NCBI GenBank assembly: GCA_964447605.1
Contig: CAYUTA010000006.1
Location: 6,118 to 70,117 of the forward strand
Source: an uncultured Oscillospiraceae bacterium
GTDB lineage: Bacteria; Bacillota; Clostridia; Christensenellales; CAG-138
DNA length: 64,000 nucleotides
Reading direction: 5' to 3'
Shown here: positions 25,768-35,612 of the stretch, piece after piece
Layout of the letters: each line of letters begins with the position of its first letter
Numbering within the stretch: the stretch's first letter is position 1
Translations under genes and position numbers: made by a program
The notes under the pieces: model-generated
Databases searched by the model: none
Told to the model about the DNA's origin: nothing
The model's input: the letters and a program-made list of their open reading frames with translations, nothing else

Positions 25768-26193
25768 CGACGGATTGAAACAGTCTTCCCCCTTGCCGTT
25801 CAACCCTCCGGACGGTGTGGGGCCGGCGGTTCCGGCAACAGGCCGTGCCCCATGGAGGCAACGGATACTCCGGCCGGGGACCGCGAATGCCTGCCCGCTA
25901 GCAGGCAGTTTGAATTAAGGACCGCAGCGCCCGCCGTTTGGTGCGCCGGAATGCGTGTGCCCGGCGGCAGATGTGCTTTTGCCGCGCGTTCCCCTCGAAC
26001 TCAAAGGAGGCGGTTGGCCGGCAGGCGGCCGGGCCCGTGCTCCGCCACGGCCCCGCGCATGATTTGGGTATCCGGAATCGCCGTCCGGAATTGCATTTTT
26101 CGCCAAAAAGCTATATACTGTTTTAAGTATACCGAATATATGTTTCATGGAGCGTACCCGACGATCGTTTAAGAAAGGCTTGGTATATTGGCT

Positions 26194-27168
26194 ATGGCAG
26201 AAAAACTTCGCAGAATCGGAATCCTGACCAGCGGCGGCGACGCGCCCGGCATGAACGCGGCCATTCGCGCGGCCGTGCGCACATGCGTCGCGCACGACGT
26301 CACGCCGGTCGGCATCTACCGCGGGTACAACGGCCTGATCCATTCCGACGTGGTGGAACTGGACGCGCGCGCAGTCAACGGTATCTCCAACAAGGGCGGC
26401 ACCATGCTTTATACCGCCAGAAGCGAAGAGTTCATGACCCCCGAGGGGCAGGGAAAAGCGGTCAGCGCCTGCCGTTACCTGGGAATCGGCGGAATCGTAG
26501 CCATCGGCGGCGACGGTACGTTCCGCGGTGCGCGCGCGCTTTCGCACGCAGGCATCAATACCGTCGGCATCCCCGCCACCATCGATAACGACATCAACTG
26601 CTCGCACTATTCCATCGGCTTCGACACCGCAGCCAACACTGCAATTGAGGCCATTGACAAGCTGTCGGATACCATGCAGTCCCACGAGCGCACCTCGGTC
26701 GTGGAGGTCATGGGCAACAAGGCCGGGCATCTCGCCGTGTACGTGGGGCTGGCCGTTGGCGCGACGGCCATCCTGATTCCGGAAACCCCCTATGACTTCG
26801 AGCGCGATGTGGTCGAGCACATCCGCGAGGGCCGCTATCGCAACAAGCATCACCATCTCATCATCGTGGCTGAGGGCGTCGGGCATACGGTTGAAATCGC
26901 CGACCGGCTCCATGAAGAGATGGGACTCGAGACGCGCATCACCATCATCGGACACATTCAGCGCGGCGGCAGCCCCTCCGCGCGCGACCGCGTGATGGCC
27001 GCCCGCATGGGCCACACCGCCGTGGAGACCCTGCTGGCGGGCCAGACCAATCAGGTGGTGTGCTATCGCAATTCAGCCATCTGCATACTGCCCATCGACG
27101 AGGCGCTCGATATGAAAAAGGACCTTGACCCGTATATGTATCGGGTGGCACAGGAGATTTCCATCTGA
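26194..27168 (+). CDS. pfkA: ATP-dependent 6-phosphofructokinase
   Basis: MAEKLRRIGILTSGGDAPGMNAAIRAAVR, GGDGTFRGA and IPATIDNDI motifs. I use ATG 26194; the ORF-track start at 26188 is a TTG. Confidence 0.92.
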   Translation: MAEKLRRIGILTSGGDAPGMNAAIRAAVRTCVAHDVTPVGIYRGYNGLIHSDVVELDARAVNGISNKGGTMLYTARSEEFMTPEGQGKAVSACRYLGIGGIVAIGGDGTFRGARALSHAGINTVGIPATIDNDINCSHYSIGFDTAANTAIEAIDKLSDTMQSHERTSVVEVMGNKAGHLAVYVGLAVGATAILIPETPYDFERDVVEHIREGRYRNKHHHLIIVAEGVGHTVEIADRLHEEMGLETRITIIGHIQRGGSPSARDRVMAARMGHTAVETLLAGQTNQVVCYRNSAICILPIDEALDMKKDLDPYMYRVAQEISI

Positions 27169-27429
27169 CGCGTCCTTTCAGGCCGTCAAAACCGCGGTGT
27201 TGACGGCAACACGCCGCGGTACGTGGTTTGCATGCGGCCGCGTCCTCAAACAATCGCTTTCTCTGCCGTCCGCAAAGGGCTAAAAACGGTGCGCGCCACC
27301 CCATTAGAATTGACGGTTCAGTCTGCCATAGTACGTTTTAACATGTTGCAGTCGCCCGTTCCCGCGCCGCATTGCATGGGGGCGGTCGACTTTCTGATAT
27401 AAAAACCGTATTCCTGGAGGGGTATCCTG

Positions 27430-28233
27430 TTGTTCCATAACGCAAAAAACGGTAATATACCAATCGGCGATACCGATATGGATTACGTCTCCTTTGGCAG
27501 GGGGAAAAATCCTGATTATGTTTCCGGGTTTGGGGGATGCATGCAAAACGGTTAAGGGCGGCGCAACCATTTTTCAATGGCGTACAAAATATTTGCAAAA
27601 GACTATCATATATATATTTTTAGCCGGAAGAACAAATTCAATCTGGGGGATTCTGCAAAAGATATGGCTAAAGACCCGGTTGCGGCCATGCGGGCGCTCG
27701 GGATTGGCAAAGCTTCGGTTATGGGCGTATCCCAAGGCGGAATGATTGCCCAACACATTGCGATTGATTACCCGGAGCTGGTAGAAAAACTTGTTTGGGC
27801 CGTAACCGTGTCCAGGCAAAACGATGCCGTGCAGAATGTTGTCGGTCGTTGGATAGAAATGGCGGAACCAAACGACTACAAAGGTATATTCACAGACACG
27901 GCTGAAAAATCCTATTCTGAGAAATATCTCAGGAAATATCGGCCATTGTACCCGATTCTGAGCAGAATGGGCAGGCCAAAGGAATGGGATAGATTTATCA
28001 TACAGGCAAACGCCTGCATTTGTCGCGATGCCTATGGCGCGCTTGAAACGGTGCGATGCCCAACATTAGTAATAGGCGGAGACAGCGATAAGGTTGTGGG
28101 CCAAAGCGCTTCCGACAGAAATGGCCGATCGAATAACGGGCAGCGAATTGATACTATACAAAGGTCTCGGCCATGCAGCATATGCAGAGGCAAAGGATTT
28201 TAACCGCCGGGTTTTAAACTTCTTGGATTCGTG
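27430..28233 (+). pseudogene. alpha/beta hydrolase, disrupted by at least three frameshifts
   Basis: The reading frame must be switched three times to follow the protein. Segment 1: TTG 27430 (GGAGGGG RBS), LFHNAKNGNIPIGDTDMDYVSFGRGKN. Segment 2, after a shift near 27505: LIMFPGLGDACKTVKGGATIFQW. Segment 3, after a shift near 27575: MAYKIFAKDY..GVSQGGMIAQ..PTLVIGGDSDKVVGQSAS. Segment 4, after a shift near 28112: EMADRITGSELILYKGLGHAAYAEAKDFNRRVLNFLDS, ending at stop 28231-28233. Confidence 0.7.
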
Positions 28234-28533
28234 AGGATCGTCATTAAGCGGCAGGCGTAGCGAATAAGCGACCGCACCGTGGCGAGGCGGCAGAACCAGC
28301 CGCACCTGTAAGCGCTGAAAGGACCCACGCCGTCGTTGACAAGCGCGTATGCCCCGCTTATCACCGCTTTTTCTTAATCGATACCATGCATCGTCATGGA
28401 ATCTCCGGCCAAAAAAGCTTTGATTCATGCTGTTTTCCGCAACATCTGTAACGCTTGAGAGCGCATCAGCATCTTTTGATTGTTGGATGAATAAAAAATC
28501 CTGGTGCCAGTTGCATCTTAGGCATTATGATTC

Positions 28534-28953
28534 TTATTTTTCAAATACAGCTTTCTGAATTCTTCGGATCAGCTTGGGTTGGATCAGCGGGTAGGTCCAT
28601 TCCGCCGGCAGCGCATCAAACAGACGGACCGTTTCGATCTCCGATTCCGGCAGCCGGCCAAAGGCAAGGATATCCGCATAATACAGCTTGCCGAACGTTT
28701 CCGCCCTGTCCGAACCGGCAACCCCATACACGCAGACCGGCCGCAGCACATATTGACTTGCGCCCGTTTCCTCAAACAACTCCCGTCTGGCGGTTGCGTC
28801 GATTTCCTCACCGTTCTCCCTGCGGCCTCCCGGCACCTCAAACGTGTTTCGTTCCCTGTGCTTACAAAACACCCATTGTCCTTTGTGTTTTGCTGCGATC
28901 ACGGCAAATTTCAGCAGGGCATCGTCCACAGCATCATAGAAATTCACGTCCAT
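28534..28953 (-). CDS. NUDIX hydrolase
   Basis: ORF trimmed to MDVNFYDAVDD (ATG 28953, AAGGAG RBS). Nudix box: GGRRENGEEIDATARRELFEETG. Confidence 0.85.
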   Translation of the reverse strand: MDVNFYDAVDDALLKFAVIAAKHKGQWVFCKHRERNTFEVPGGRRENGEEIDATARRELFEETGASQYVLRPVCVYGVAGSDRAETFGKLYYADILAFGRLPESEIETVRLFDALPAEWTYPLIQPKLIRRIQKAVFEK

Positions 28954-29036
28954 TTTGTCGCTCCTTTTCTTCATCGCGCCCCCCCCGCGGGGAGCGGCCA
29001 AAGCAAACGAGAACCCCGGCATTCTCCTCCGAAATT

Positions 29037-29585
29037 TCAATCCACACTCCCCCGCGCCGCAGTTTTCGCCTGTTTTGCCACGAACAGCAGCACAAACGGC
29101 GTGAGATTCCGTTCCGCCAGGAACGCGTCCATGGGCACTGCCGTGCCGCTGGGTACGCCCGCGTTGAAAAACCGCAGCCCTGCCCCGCCCTCCGCCCGCA
29201 AAAACGCCGCGTAATGCCAGCCGAGGACGTGCCGGTAGACGAGAATGCCGCTGCTGGCCGTACCCGCCGCCAGAATTGCGCGTTTTTTACCCGCGTACAC
29301 ACGGGTGGCGTGGCCGCGCCGTTTCAGGTACCGCCGTACGCGCAGGGGGCTGGTGCCCAGCGCACCCCGAAACAGGGAGCGCCGGGATAAAGCGGCAATA
29401 ATCTGCTCATGTGGAACCGGATCGCCCAGGCAGCGGAGCAGATTGAACACGGCAATCCAGCCGCAGCCGTTTTTGCTCGACAGGCGGCAGCCGTAGCGCA
29501 CGTCCGTGACGCGCGCCTGGTCGACGATGTATCCCTCCGGCGAATATGCGGCCCGTATGCCTGTTTTGCTTTGGTTTTGCTCCAT
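29037..29585 (-). CDS. hypothetical protein (possible papain-like Cys/His fold)
   Basis: 182 aa. NGCGWIAVFNLL and GWHYAAF are reminiscent of C39-like/BtrH-like cysteine peptidase cores. The fold suggestion is weak. Coding status is supported by tight packing in the operon. Confidence 0.45.
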   Translation of the reverse strand: MEQNQSKTGIRAAYSPEGYIVDQARVTDVRYGCRLSSKNGCGWIAVFNLLRCLGDPVPHEQIIAALSRRSLFRGALGTSPLRVRRYLKRRGHATRVYAGKKRAILAAGTASSGILVYRHVLGWHYAAFLRAEGGAGLRFFNAGVPSGTAVPMDAFLAERNLTPFVLLFVAKQAKTAARGSVD

Positions 29586-29606
29586 GCGTTTTCCCGCTTA
29601 TCCATA

Positions 29607-31520
29607 TTAATCCGGTTGCGCGTCCGCAACGGCCGCATCGGAGCCGGGGAATACGGCCTTATACACGGCGATCCCGTCTAACACAACGTCCACCTGTTCA
29701 AGCCGGGCGCCATGGCGGTTTTTTAGCAGATACCGCTCCATCGCCGCATACTCCGCAGAATCCGCGCGCGTGATGAAAAATACAGCTTCCTCTCTGAATA
29801 CGTCCGCATATCCCGTCGACAGTCCGTTTGCGGCAAGCTGCTTTCGCGCCGTGGCCGAATGCATTTCACACCCGCCCCACGAAATCAGGTTGACCGGCTT
29901 TTCCATCGGATACGTTGTGGTTGCGTCCACGTCCGTCACCACATAGGTATCACGGAAATACACGTTCTGCGGATGCGCAAGCGCGTAGGCGGTCACCGCG
30001 CGGCTTTCCGCCAGCAGATACTTGGGGCTGTTGACGCGCAATTCACGCGCCTGCAGCACGCCTGCTGTAAGTGCCAACACCGCCGCGGCCGCCGCAAAAA
30101 CGACAAAACCCGCACGATCGCGCCGTGGCGCGCGGGGCGCATACAGGCGCATGGCAAGCAGCGCCGCCAACACGCACGCGGGAATCGCTACCACGCGGAA
30201 CGTTCTCTCCAAAAAACGTCCGCCAAGCCCCAGCAGCAGGCACAGCAGCGCGCTGCCGAGCAGCACGCACAGCAGCGCCGCCGTCTCCGGCCAGCGCCGC
30301 CTGTCCCGCCACCATGCGCAGAGCGCAACTGTACCCGCGCACAGCAAAAAAAACGTCGTCATCCTGAGCGGCAGCGCGCCGTCGATGACCGCAAGGCAAT
30401 CCGCCGCCGCGCGCGCAAGCGTCGCGCCGTGCGCGGACGTGCTTTCCGCAATGGCCTTCAGCGACGCGGTGTTGATGCGCGCGTCCATAAAGCACCAGCG
30501 GTCGGCCAGTCCGTATAATGTCTCGTCCCAGCCAACTCCCTCGTAGAGCGCGGGGTTTTCGGAATAACTGTCGCGCGGATAGTCGGTAAACCGTTCTCGG
30601 TATCGGAAAAATTCCCAGTACTCCATGCCGTGATGGGCTTCCTGCAGAGCGTTGTTCAGCGCAAACGCCGCCAGACACGCGCCAAGCGTGGCAAGAAACA
30701 GGAGGCAGGCGCGCGCCGCGCCGCGCCGCCAGACCGTTTCATTTTGCATCGTATCCGGCGCCGCTTTGGGACGCTCCAACCGCAACAGAGCGCCCGTTCT
30801 CGAGCCTGCTTTCTTTCCGGCTTGCACCTCCGCGCCCGGGCCTTGCGTTTCCGGCGCGTTTTCTTGCGCCGCGCCTTTGCGCACGGCCAGCAGCGCCCGG
30901 TATCCACACGCGGCAAACAGAAAGCTCAGCAGAGCGAACCCGGTTTCCTCCCGGTATAAAAATGCGCCTACCACAAAGCTGCAGCCCAGCGCATCCAGCA
31001 CGGTGCGCTTGGTTCTACCCGTTTCCTCCGCCGCGCAGAGTATGAGCGCGCACCCGGCCGATCCAAGAACCGCGGCCGTTACGGTATAAGTCAGTTCCAC
31101 AACCGGCTGCAGCAGCAGCAACACCGTCAGCGCGGCGAAGACAGCCAGCGAAAGCCACAGCGGAACCGCACGGCGCCAGCCCATGCACAGCATGCACGCG
31201 CCGATCACCACCGTGGAAAGGGCAATGGCCGCGAGCTGCAGCGCCGCCCACCACGGCACGCCGGGCGCCGCCGTATACAGCGCGCTGACAGGGAAGCCCA
31301 ACAGGCAGTTGATAAACAGCGCATACGGCGAAGGTTCGCCCGTGTGGTAGCCCGCCAGCGTATAGGCGATCGCGTTGTCGTCATTGGTCAGGTAGGAAAC
31401 GGTCTGCACCGCCGAACACGCGCACAGCAGTACGGCCGCCACGGCCGCAGCAAGCACGGCGCGCCCCCAGGCGTTTCCATACATGCGCGCAATCGGGCCC
31501 GGCTTTTTTTGCGCTTCCAT
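29607..31520 (-). CDS. large polytopic membrane protein, putative GT-C-type glycosyltransferase (paralog 3 of 3)
   Basis: The ATG at 31520 shares its A with the upstream TGA. About 12 TM segments are followed by a soluble C-terminal domain. Shared family motifs: YLTNDDNAIAYTLAGYHTGEPS, PGVPWW and EKPVNLISWGGCEMHS. Confidence 0.7.
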   Translation of the reverse strand: MEAQKKPGPIARMYGNAWGRAVLAAAVAAVLLCACSAVQTVSYLTNDDNAIAYTLAGYHTGEPSPYALFINCLLGFPVSALYTAAPGVPWWAALQLAAIALSTVVIGACMLCMGWRRAVPLWLSLAVFAALTVLLLLQPVVELTYTVTAAVLGSAGCALILCAAEETGRTKRTVLDALGCSFVVGAFLYREETGFALLSFLFAACGYRALLAVRKGAAQENAPETQGPGAEVQAGKKAGSRTGALLRLERPKAAPDTMQNETVWRRGAARACLLFLATLGACLAAFALNNALQEAHHGMEYWEFFRYRERFTDYPRDSYSENPALYEGVGWDETLYGLADRWCFMDARINTASLKAIAESTSAHGATLARAAADCLAVIDGALPLRMTTFFLLCAGTVALCAWWRDRRRWPETAALLCVLLGSALLCLLLGLGGRFLERTFRVVAIPACVLAALLAMRLYAPRAPRRDRAGFVVFAAAAAVLALTAGVLQARELRVNSPKYLLAESRAVTAYALAHPQNVYFRDTYVVTDVDATTTYPMEKPVNLISWGGCEMHSATARKQLAANGLSTGYADVFREEAVFFITRADSAEYAAMERYLLKNRHGARLEQVDVVLDGIAVYKAVFPGSDAAVADAQPD

Positions 31521-33310
31521 CACCGACCGCCCTCCCCGCCGTCAAAGCTGAACCGGTACGCCGCAAGGCCGTCCGCAACCGGCTCGATGCACGTATAGCC
31601 GACCGCCCCTGCGTGCGCCGTAAGGTACGCGTCGAGCATGGCGAGCTTATCGCTGTCCACGGCGGTAATAAAATACACGTTCTCCTGCCGGAACAGCCCC
31701 GCCGAAAGGGAAGCCAGGCCGTTTGCGGCAAGCTGCGCCTCCTTCCAGCCGGAGTGCATGCCCGTGCCTCCCCAGTCGATCAGGTTAACCGGCTTTTCCT
31801 CCGGATAAACCGTAAACGCGCCGATATTCTCAAGGCTTGTCACGTCGGTAAGATAGATATTGTCCGGATGTTCCATGGCGTATGTTTCCGCGGCGGCGTT
31901 TTGCTCCACCAGCGCGGTTCGATCGGTATCAAAGAGTGTCTTCTGCGTCATGCCCAAGCTCCATGCGACCGCCGCGGATGTGAGAAATATCCCCACAAAT
32001 TGTAAGTATCTTGCAATATATTTTCTTTTTTCCCCACCGATTTGTTTATTTTGTGTAAAAGTACGTTTTTCTCCCCACATGCAGAGCAACAGCAACCATT
32101 CCATCACCGTGGTCGGTATGGCGATCAGCATAAACGTGTGCACGGGGAACCGGCCCGCAAAGCAAAGATAAAAGCAAAGCAAAAACGCGCCCGCCGCCAC
32201 CGCGCAGGCGATGGGCAGCTCCGCGCTCTTACCCCTGCGGCGTATGCAAAGCGCAAGGAGCCACAGCGTAAGCAGCACCGGTACCGCCAGCATGTACTGC
32301 GAAACGCCGCTGCCACGGAAAAACGCCTCGCCATAGGCCAGCGCGCCCGCAAGCCGGCGCAGCATGCCCGCGTCCTCCGCATATGGATACGCCGCGATTG
32401 CGTTCATGGTTTCGGCATTGACGGCCGTGTCGAGATAGCACAGGTTGTCCGCAAGATCGTAGATCGTTTTATCCCAGCCGAGCGAAGCAAAAAAGGCCGG
32501 GTCCTCCTCGTAGGTCACATGCGGATAATCGATGAAATGCCCGCGCGCGGCCTCGAACTCCGCATAATATGGCGGGTTATACCGCGCCACCCCCCAGTTG
32601 TTGAGGCACACGGCAAGCGCTGCCGCCGCCACCCCCGCCGCCAGGGCGCACGCAACGCGCACGCGCATACGGACGGGCGCTTTGATGAGCTGGTACAGCG
32701 CCGCAGCCGCCGCAAAGCAGAGCATGCTGTACCCGGAGGAGTTGCGCGTAAAGAAGCAAAGCAGAAGCAACGCCACGGCGCCCGCCGCCGAGGCGCGCCG
32801 CTGCAACCGGGCGTCTCTCTCCCAGTCGATGGCGACGATGAGCGCGCAGGCAGCCGTGCCCAGCATGCCGGCAGTCAGCGTAAACGCAATCCACGCCACC
32901 GGATAAACGAACACCGTCATGTATAGAAGCGCAATCAGCCCCAGCGCCGCCCACAGCGGCAACAACGCGCGGTCGGCCAGCTTGAGCGCGCATGCGCCGA
33001 TGACCGTCAGCGCGGCAAACAGCATGGTAAGCTGACAGACCGTCCACCACGGTATGGAAGGCGCCGCGCGGTACAGGCCGCTGATCAGTAGGCCCAGCGC
33101 CACGTTGATAAAGCGATGCGTGGGATACGGCGCGCCGCTGCGGTAGCCGGCCAGCGCGTACAGGATGTTCGCGTCGTCGTTATTAAGGAACGTAACCTTG
33201 AAAAGCGCGAACGTCAGCGCCATGCAGACGCCCGCCAGCGCGGCGCTTATCAGCCACCTGCCGCCGTGCCGATTGTACGCTCTGTTCAGACTGTCCGCAA
33301 ATCTTTGCAT
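31520..33310 (-). CDS. large polytopic membrane protein, putative GT-C-type glycosyltransferase (paralog 2 of 3)
   Basis: 596 aa. Motifs: TFLNNDDANILYALAGYRSGAPY, PSIPWW and EKPVNLIDWGGTGMHS. Confidence 0.7.
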   Translation of the reverse strand: MQRFADSLNRAYNRHGGRWLISAALAGVCMALTFALFKVTFLNNDDANILYALAGYRSGAPYPTHRFINVALGLLISGLYRAAPSIPWWTVCQLTMLFAALTVIGACALKLADRALLPLWAALGLIALLYMTVFVYPVAWIAFTLTAGMLGTAACALIVAIDWERDARLQRRASAAGAVALLLLCFFTRNSSGYSMLCFAAAAALYQLIKAPVRMRVRVACALAAGVAAAALAVCLNNWGVARYNPPYYAEFEAARGHFIDYPHVTYEEDPAFFASLGWDKTIYDLADNLCYLDTAVNAETMNAIAAYPYAEDAGMLRRLAGALAYGEAFFRGSGVSQYMLAVPVLLTLWLLALCIRRRGKSAELPIACAVAAGAFLLCFYLCFAGRFPVHTFMLIAIPTTVMEWLLLLCMWGEKRTFTQNKQIGGEKRKYIARYLQFVGIFLTSAAVAWSLGMTQKTLFDTDRTALVEQNAAAETYAMEHPDNIYLTDVTSLENIGAFTVYPEEKPVNLIDWGGTGMHSGWKEAQLAANGLASLSAGLFRQENVYFITAVDSDKLAMLDAYLTAHAGAVGYTCIEPVADGLAAYRFSFDGGEGGR

Positions 33311-33408
33311 GCTCCCTCTTTCTCTTTCCCCGCGCCGCCCGGCCGTCCGCGCCCCGGACCGCTCCGTTGAAACAATCCTTCCTGATTAAACCCCGGCGTG
33401 CGTTGCCG

Positions 33409-35262
33409 CTATCGCAAAAATCTGACGACGGCCGCCCCGCCCGGCAGCCTGTCCACAATCTCATACCCCGCCGCGTCCCAGGCAGTTTGCAGGTACGTAT
33501 CCAGCATCTGCAGATAGCGGTCGCCCGGGTCGCAGACATAGTATACGCCGTCGTCAAAAAACACGTCCGCGTATGGGCCTTCCGCGTACCCGTTGGCGCG
33601 CCACTGCGCAGCCCTCGCGCGCGTATACATGTCGCACCCGCCCCAGTCGATCAGATTTATGGGCTTGTCGTCCGGGTAAACCGTCAGTGCGTCATAGTTG
33701 TTGCCCACATATACGTCGCGGATGAAGATATGTTCCGGGTGCCCGCGCGCATAGTCTACGATTCCGCGCGCCTTTTCCAGCGCCCCGGCGGAATCATAGC
33801 TGACCACCGTTCGGAAGATCTTGTACCCGCAAAACAGCGAAACTGCCGCAAGCGCGCCGCAGACGCAGCGCAGCGTGACCGCGCGCGCACCAAGGCCCCG
33901 CTTCCCGTCTGTTCCGGCAGGCTCCGCAGCGCGTCCGCCGCCATATGCGCATACGGCAAGCAGCAACAACGCGAGCATGGCGGGAAATGCAATGGTCATC
34001 AGCGTGCGCAGGTTGATCCTCCCCTGCCAGAGCAGAAAACCCGTCAGCGCCGCCGCGCCCAGCAGCATGCAGCAGCCGCCCGCAAGCGACAGCCAGTGCG
34101 AACGGCGGAGAACCGACACAGCTATAAGCCCGGCGGCCGCGCACAGCGTGATCACGCACAGGTACACCGCAATCGGATATTTCCCAAGGAATACCGCAAA
34201 CGTCTCCGCGCCGCGCCGCACGCGTTCCGCTGCGGAAATGGCGTTGACGTGCGACCGCGCGCTTGCGGCGGACAGCGTTTCGGCATTGACGCGCGCGTCC
34301 ATATAGAACCATGCGTCCACAAGGCCGTACAGCGCGTCGTCCCAACCCAGCGATTCGTACAGTTCCGGATTCTCGTAGTACGTGTCGTGCGGATAGTCCA
34401 TAAACGCCGCGCGCGCATTTTCAAACTCGATAAATCCGGCCGGATTCTGGTTCGCGCGTCCCCAGCCGTTGACGCTCGCAAGCACGAGCACGGCCAACAG
34501 GGCGCACGCCGCGGTTACAGGTATGCTCCGGGCGGAAGGATGGCGCGCGGATCTCTGCGTCTCCGCCGGCATTTCGGATTTTGCGGCGGAGCGCAGCGGC
34601 TTTTCGGCTATATGGGCCTCCATCAGACGGATGGCAAGCGCGCCGAAATAAAAGCACGCGGCGCACAGTCCGGAGGATTGCCGGATGAGCAGGCTCAAAG
34701 CAAGCAGGGCCACGCCCGCGATCCGATAGAACCGCCGCCGCGCAGGCGGGTCGCTTTGCTGCAAAGCAAGGGCAAGCGCAACCGCTCCCATGCCCAGCAG
34801 GGTGGACGAGAGGGTAAACATCACCTGAGAAACCGCATAATAGCACGCGGCGCTGCAAATAAGCGCAAGCAGAACGAGCGGCATAAACAGCGGCGCCCCG
34901 TTTTGATGGCACAGCTTAAACGTACAGGCGGCCATCACCGCAACGCCGAGCAGCATGCAGGCCGTCTGCACGGCGTACCACCACGGCACAGCGGGGAGCA
35001 GCGCGTACAGACCGCTGACCACCGCGGCGGTCATGGGGTTGATAAACGGGTGTGAAAAAGAGGGCGCGCCGCTTCGATACCCGGCCAGCGCCCAGGCGAT
35101 GTTCAGGTCGTCATTGTCATAAAACGTAATAACAGGCTGTAAGGTTGCCGCCAGCAGATACAGCGCGGCCGCAACGGCCGCGCCCAGCAGCCACCGGCCC
35201 GCTTCGCCTGCGTAAATTCGGTTCAACCATGCGTTTGCCCGTTTCATCCTCACGCCCCTCAT
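33409..35262 (-). CDS. large polytopic membrane protein, putative GT-C-type glycosyltransferase (paralog 1 of 3)
   Basis: ORF 33409..35505 trimmed to MRGVRMKRANAW (ATG 35262, ATGA overlap with the flippase stop; an alternative ATG is at 35247). Motifs: TFYDNDDLNIAWALAGYRSGAPS, PAVPWW and DKPINLIDWGGCDMYT. Confidence 0.7.
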   Translation of the reverse strand: MRGVRMKRANAWLNRIYAGEAGRWLLGAAVAAALYLLAATLQPVITFYDNDDLNIAWALAGYRSGAPSFSHPFINPMTAAVVSGLYALLPAVPWWYAVQTACMLLGVAVMAACTFKLCHQNGAPLFMPLVLLALICSAACYYAVSQVMFTLSSTLLGMGAVALALALQQSDPPARRRFYRIAGVALLALSLLIRQSSGLCAACFYFGALAIRLMEAHIAEKPLRSAAKSEMPAETQRSARHPSARSIPVTAACALLAVLVLASVNGWGRANQNPAGFIEFENARAAFMDYPHDTYYENPELYESLGWDDALYGLVDAWFYMDARVNAETLSAASARSHVNAISAAERVRRGAETFAVFLGKYPIAVYLCVITLCAAAGLIAVSVLRRSHWLSLAGGCCMLLGAAALTGFLLWQGRINLRTLMTIAFPAMLALLLLAVCAYGGGRAAEPAGTDGKRGLGARAVTLRCVCGALAAVSLFCGYKIFRTVVSYDSAGALEKARGIVDYARGHPEHIFIRDVYVGNNYDALTVYPDDKPINLIDWGGCDMYTRARAAQWRANGYAEGPYADVFFDDGVYYVCDPGDRYLQMLDTYLQTAWDAAGYEIVDRLPGGAAVVRFLR

Positions 35263-35612
35263 GATGGAAGCGAGAACAGCGCGATGCCCGCAAGGATCGC
35301 GCCAAGCCCCAGCAGCTTGCGTTTGCCCGGGCGTTCGCCCATGAAGGCATACGCCAGAACGACGACAAACACGTGCGCGGCGGAATTCCAGATGGGCGCC
35401 CACGTCAGCGGCACCACGCGCAGCGCAACGACGTTTGTCAGCGTGGAGGCAAAAAAGATGGCGTACGCGCCGACGACCAGCGGGTTGAGATACTGCCGGT
35501 ACCATTTTTCATACGGCTTGAGCGCGGCCTTTTTGAGCATGATCTGCGAAAGCGACGAGATCAGCACACCAACCAGAATGAGCGCCAGGTTCCAGTAAAC
35601 GTTATTCCCCAT
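35259..35612 (-). CDS. small 4-TM EamA/SMR-like membrane protein (ArnE/ArnF-like flippase subunit)
   Basis: 117 aa with four hydrophobic helices. It overlaps its partner gene by 11 nt and the downstream GT-C gene by ATGA. Confidence 0.7.
   Translation of the reverse strand: MGNNVYWNLALILVGVLISSLSQIMLKKAALKPYEKWYRQYLNPLVVGAYAIFFASTLTNVVALRVVPLTWAPIWNSAAHVFVVVLAYAFMGERPGKRKLLGLGAILAGIALFSLPS

Noticed and set aside
25915-27015. 366-aa minus-strand ORF overlapping pfkA, and the plus-strand ORF 25627..26172
   Set aside because: pfkA on the plus strand is unambiguous. The antisense ORF is Gly/Ala/Arg/Asp-rich noise. ORF 25627..26172 has an implausible composition and runs across terminator hairpins.
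28066-28428. 120-aa minus-strand ORF downstream of the hydrolase pseudogene
   Set aside because: It overlaps the 3' end of the reconstructed hydrolase reading frame on the opposite strand. It has no RBS and an unconvincing composition.
33367-35055. 562-aa plus-strand ORF antisense to GT-C paralog 1 (similar: 30022..30546, 32042..32926, 36444..36983, 37034..37690)
   Set aside because: The translations are extremely Arg/His/Ala/Gln-rich. The opposite-strand proteins have coherent TM topology and conserved paralog motifs.
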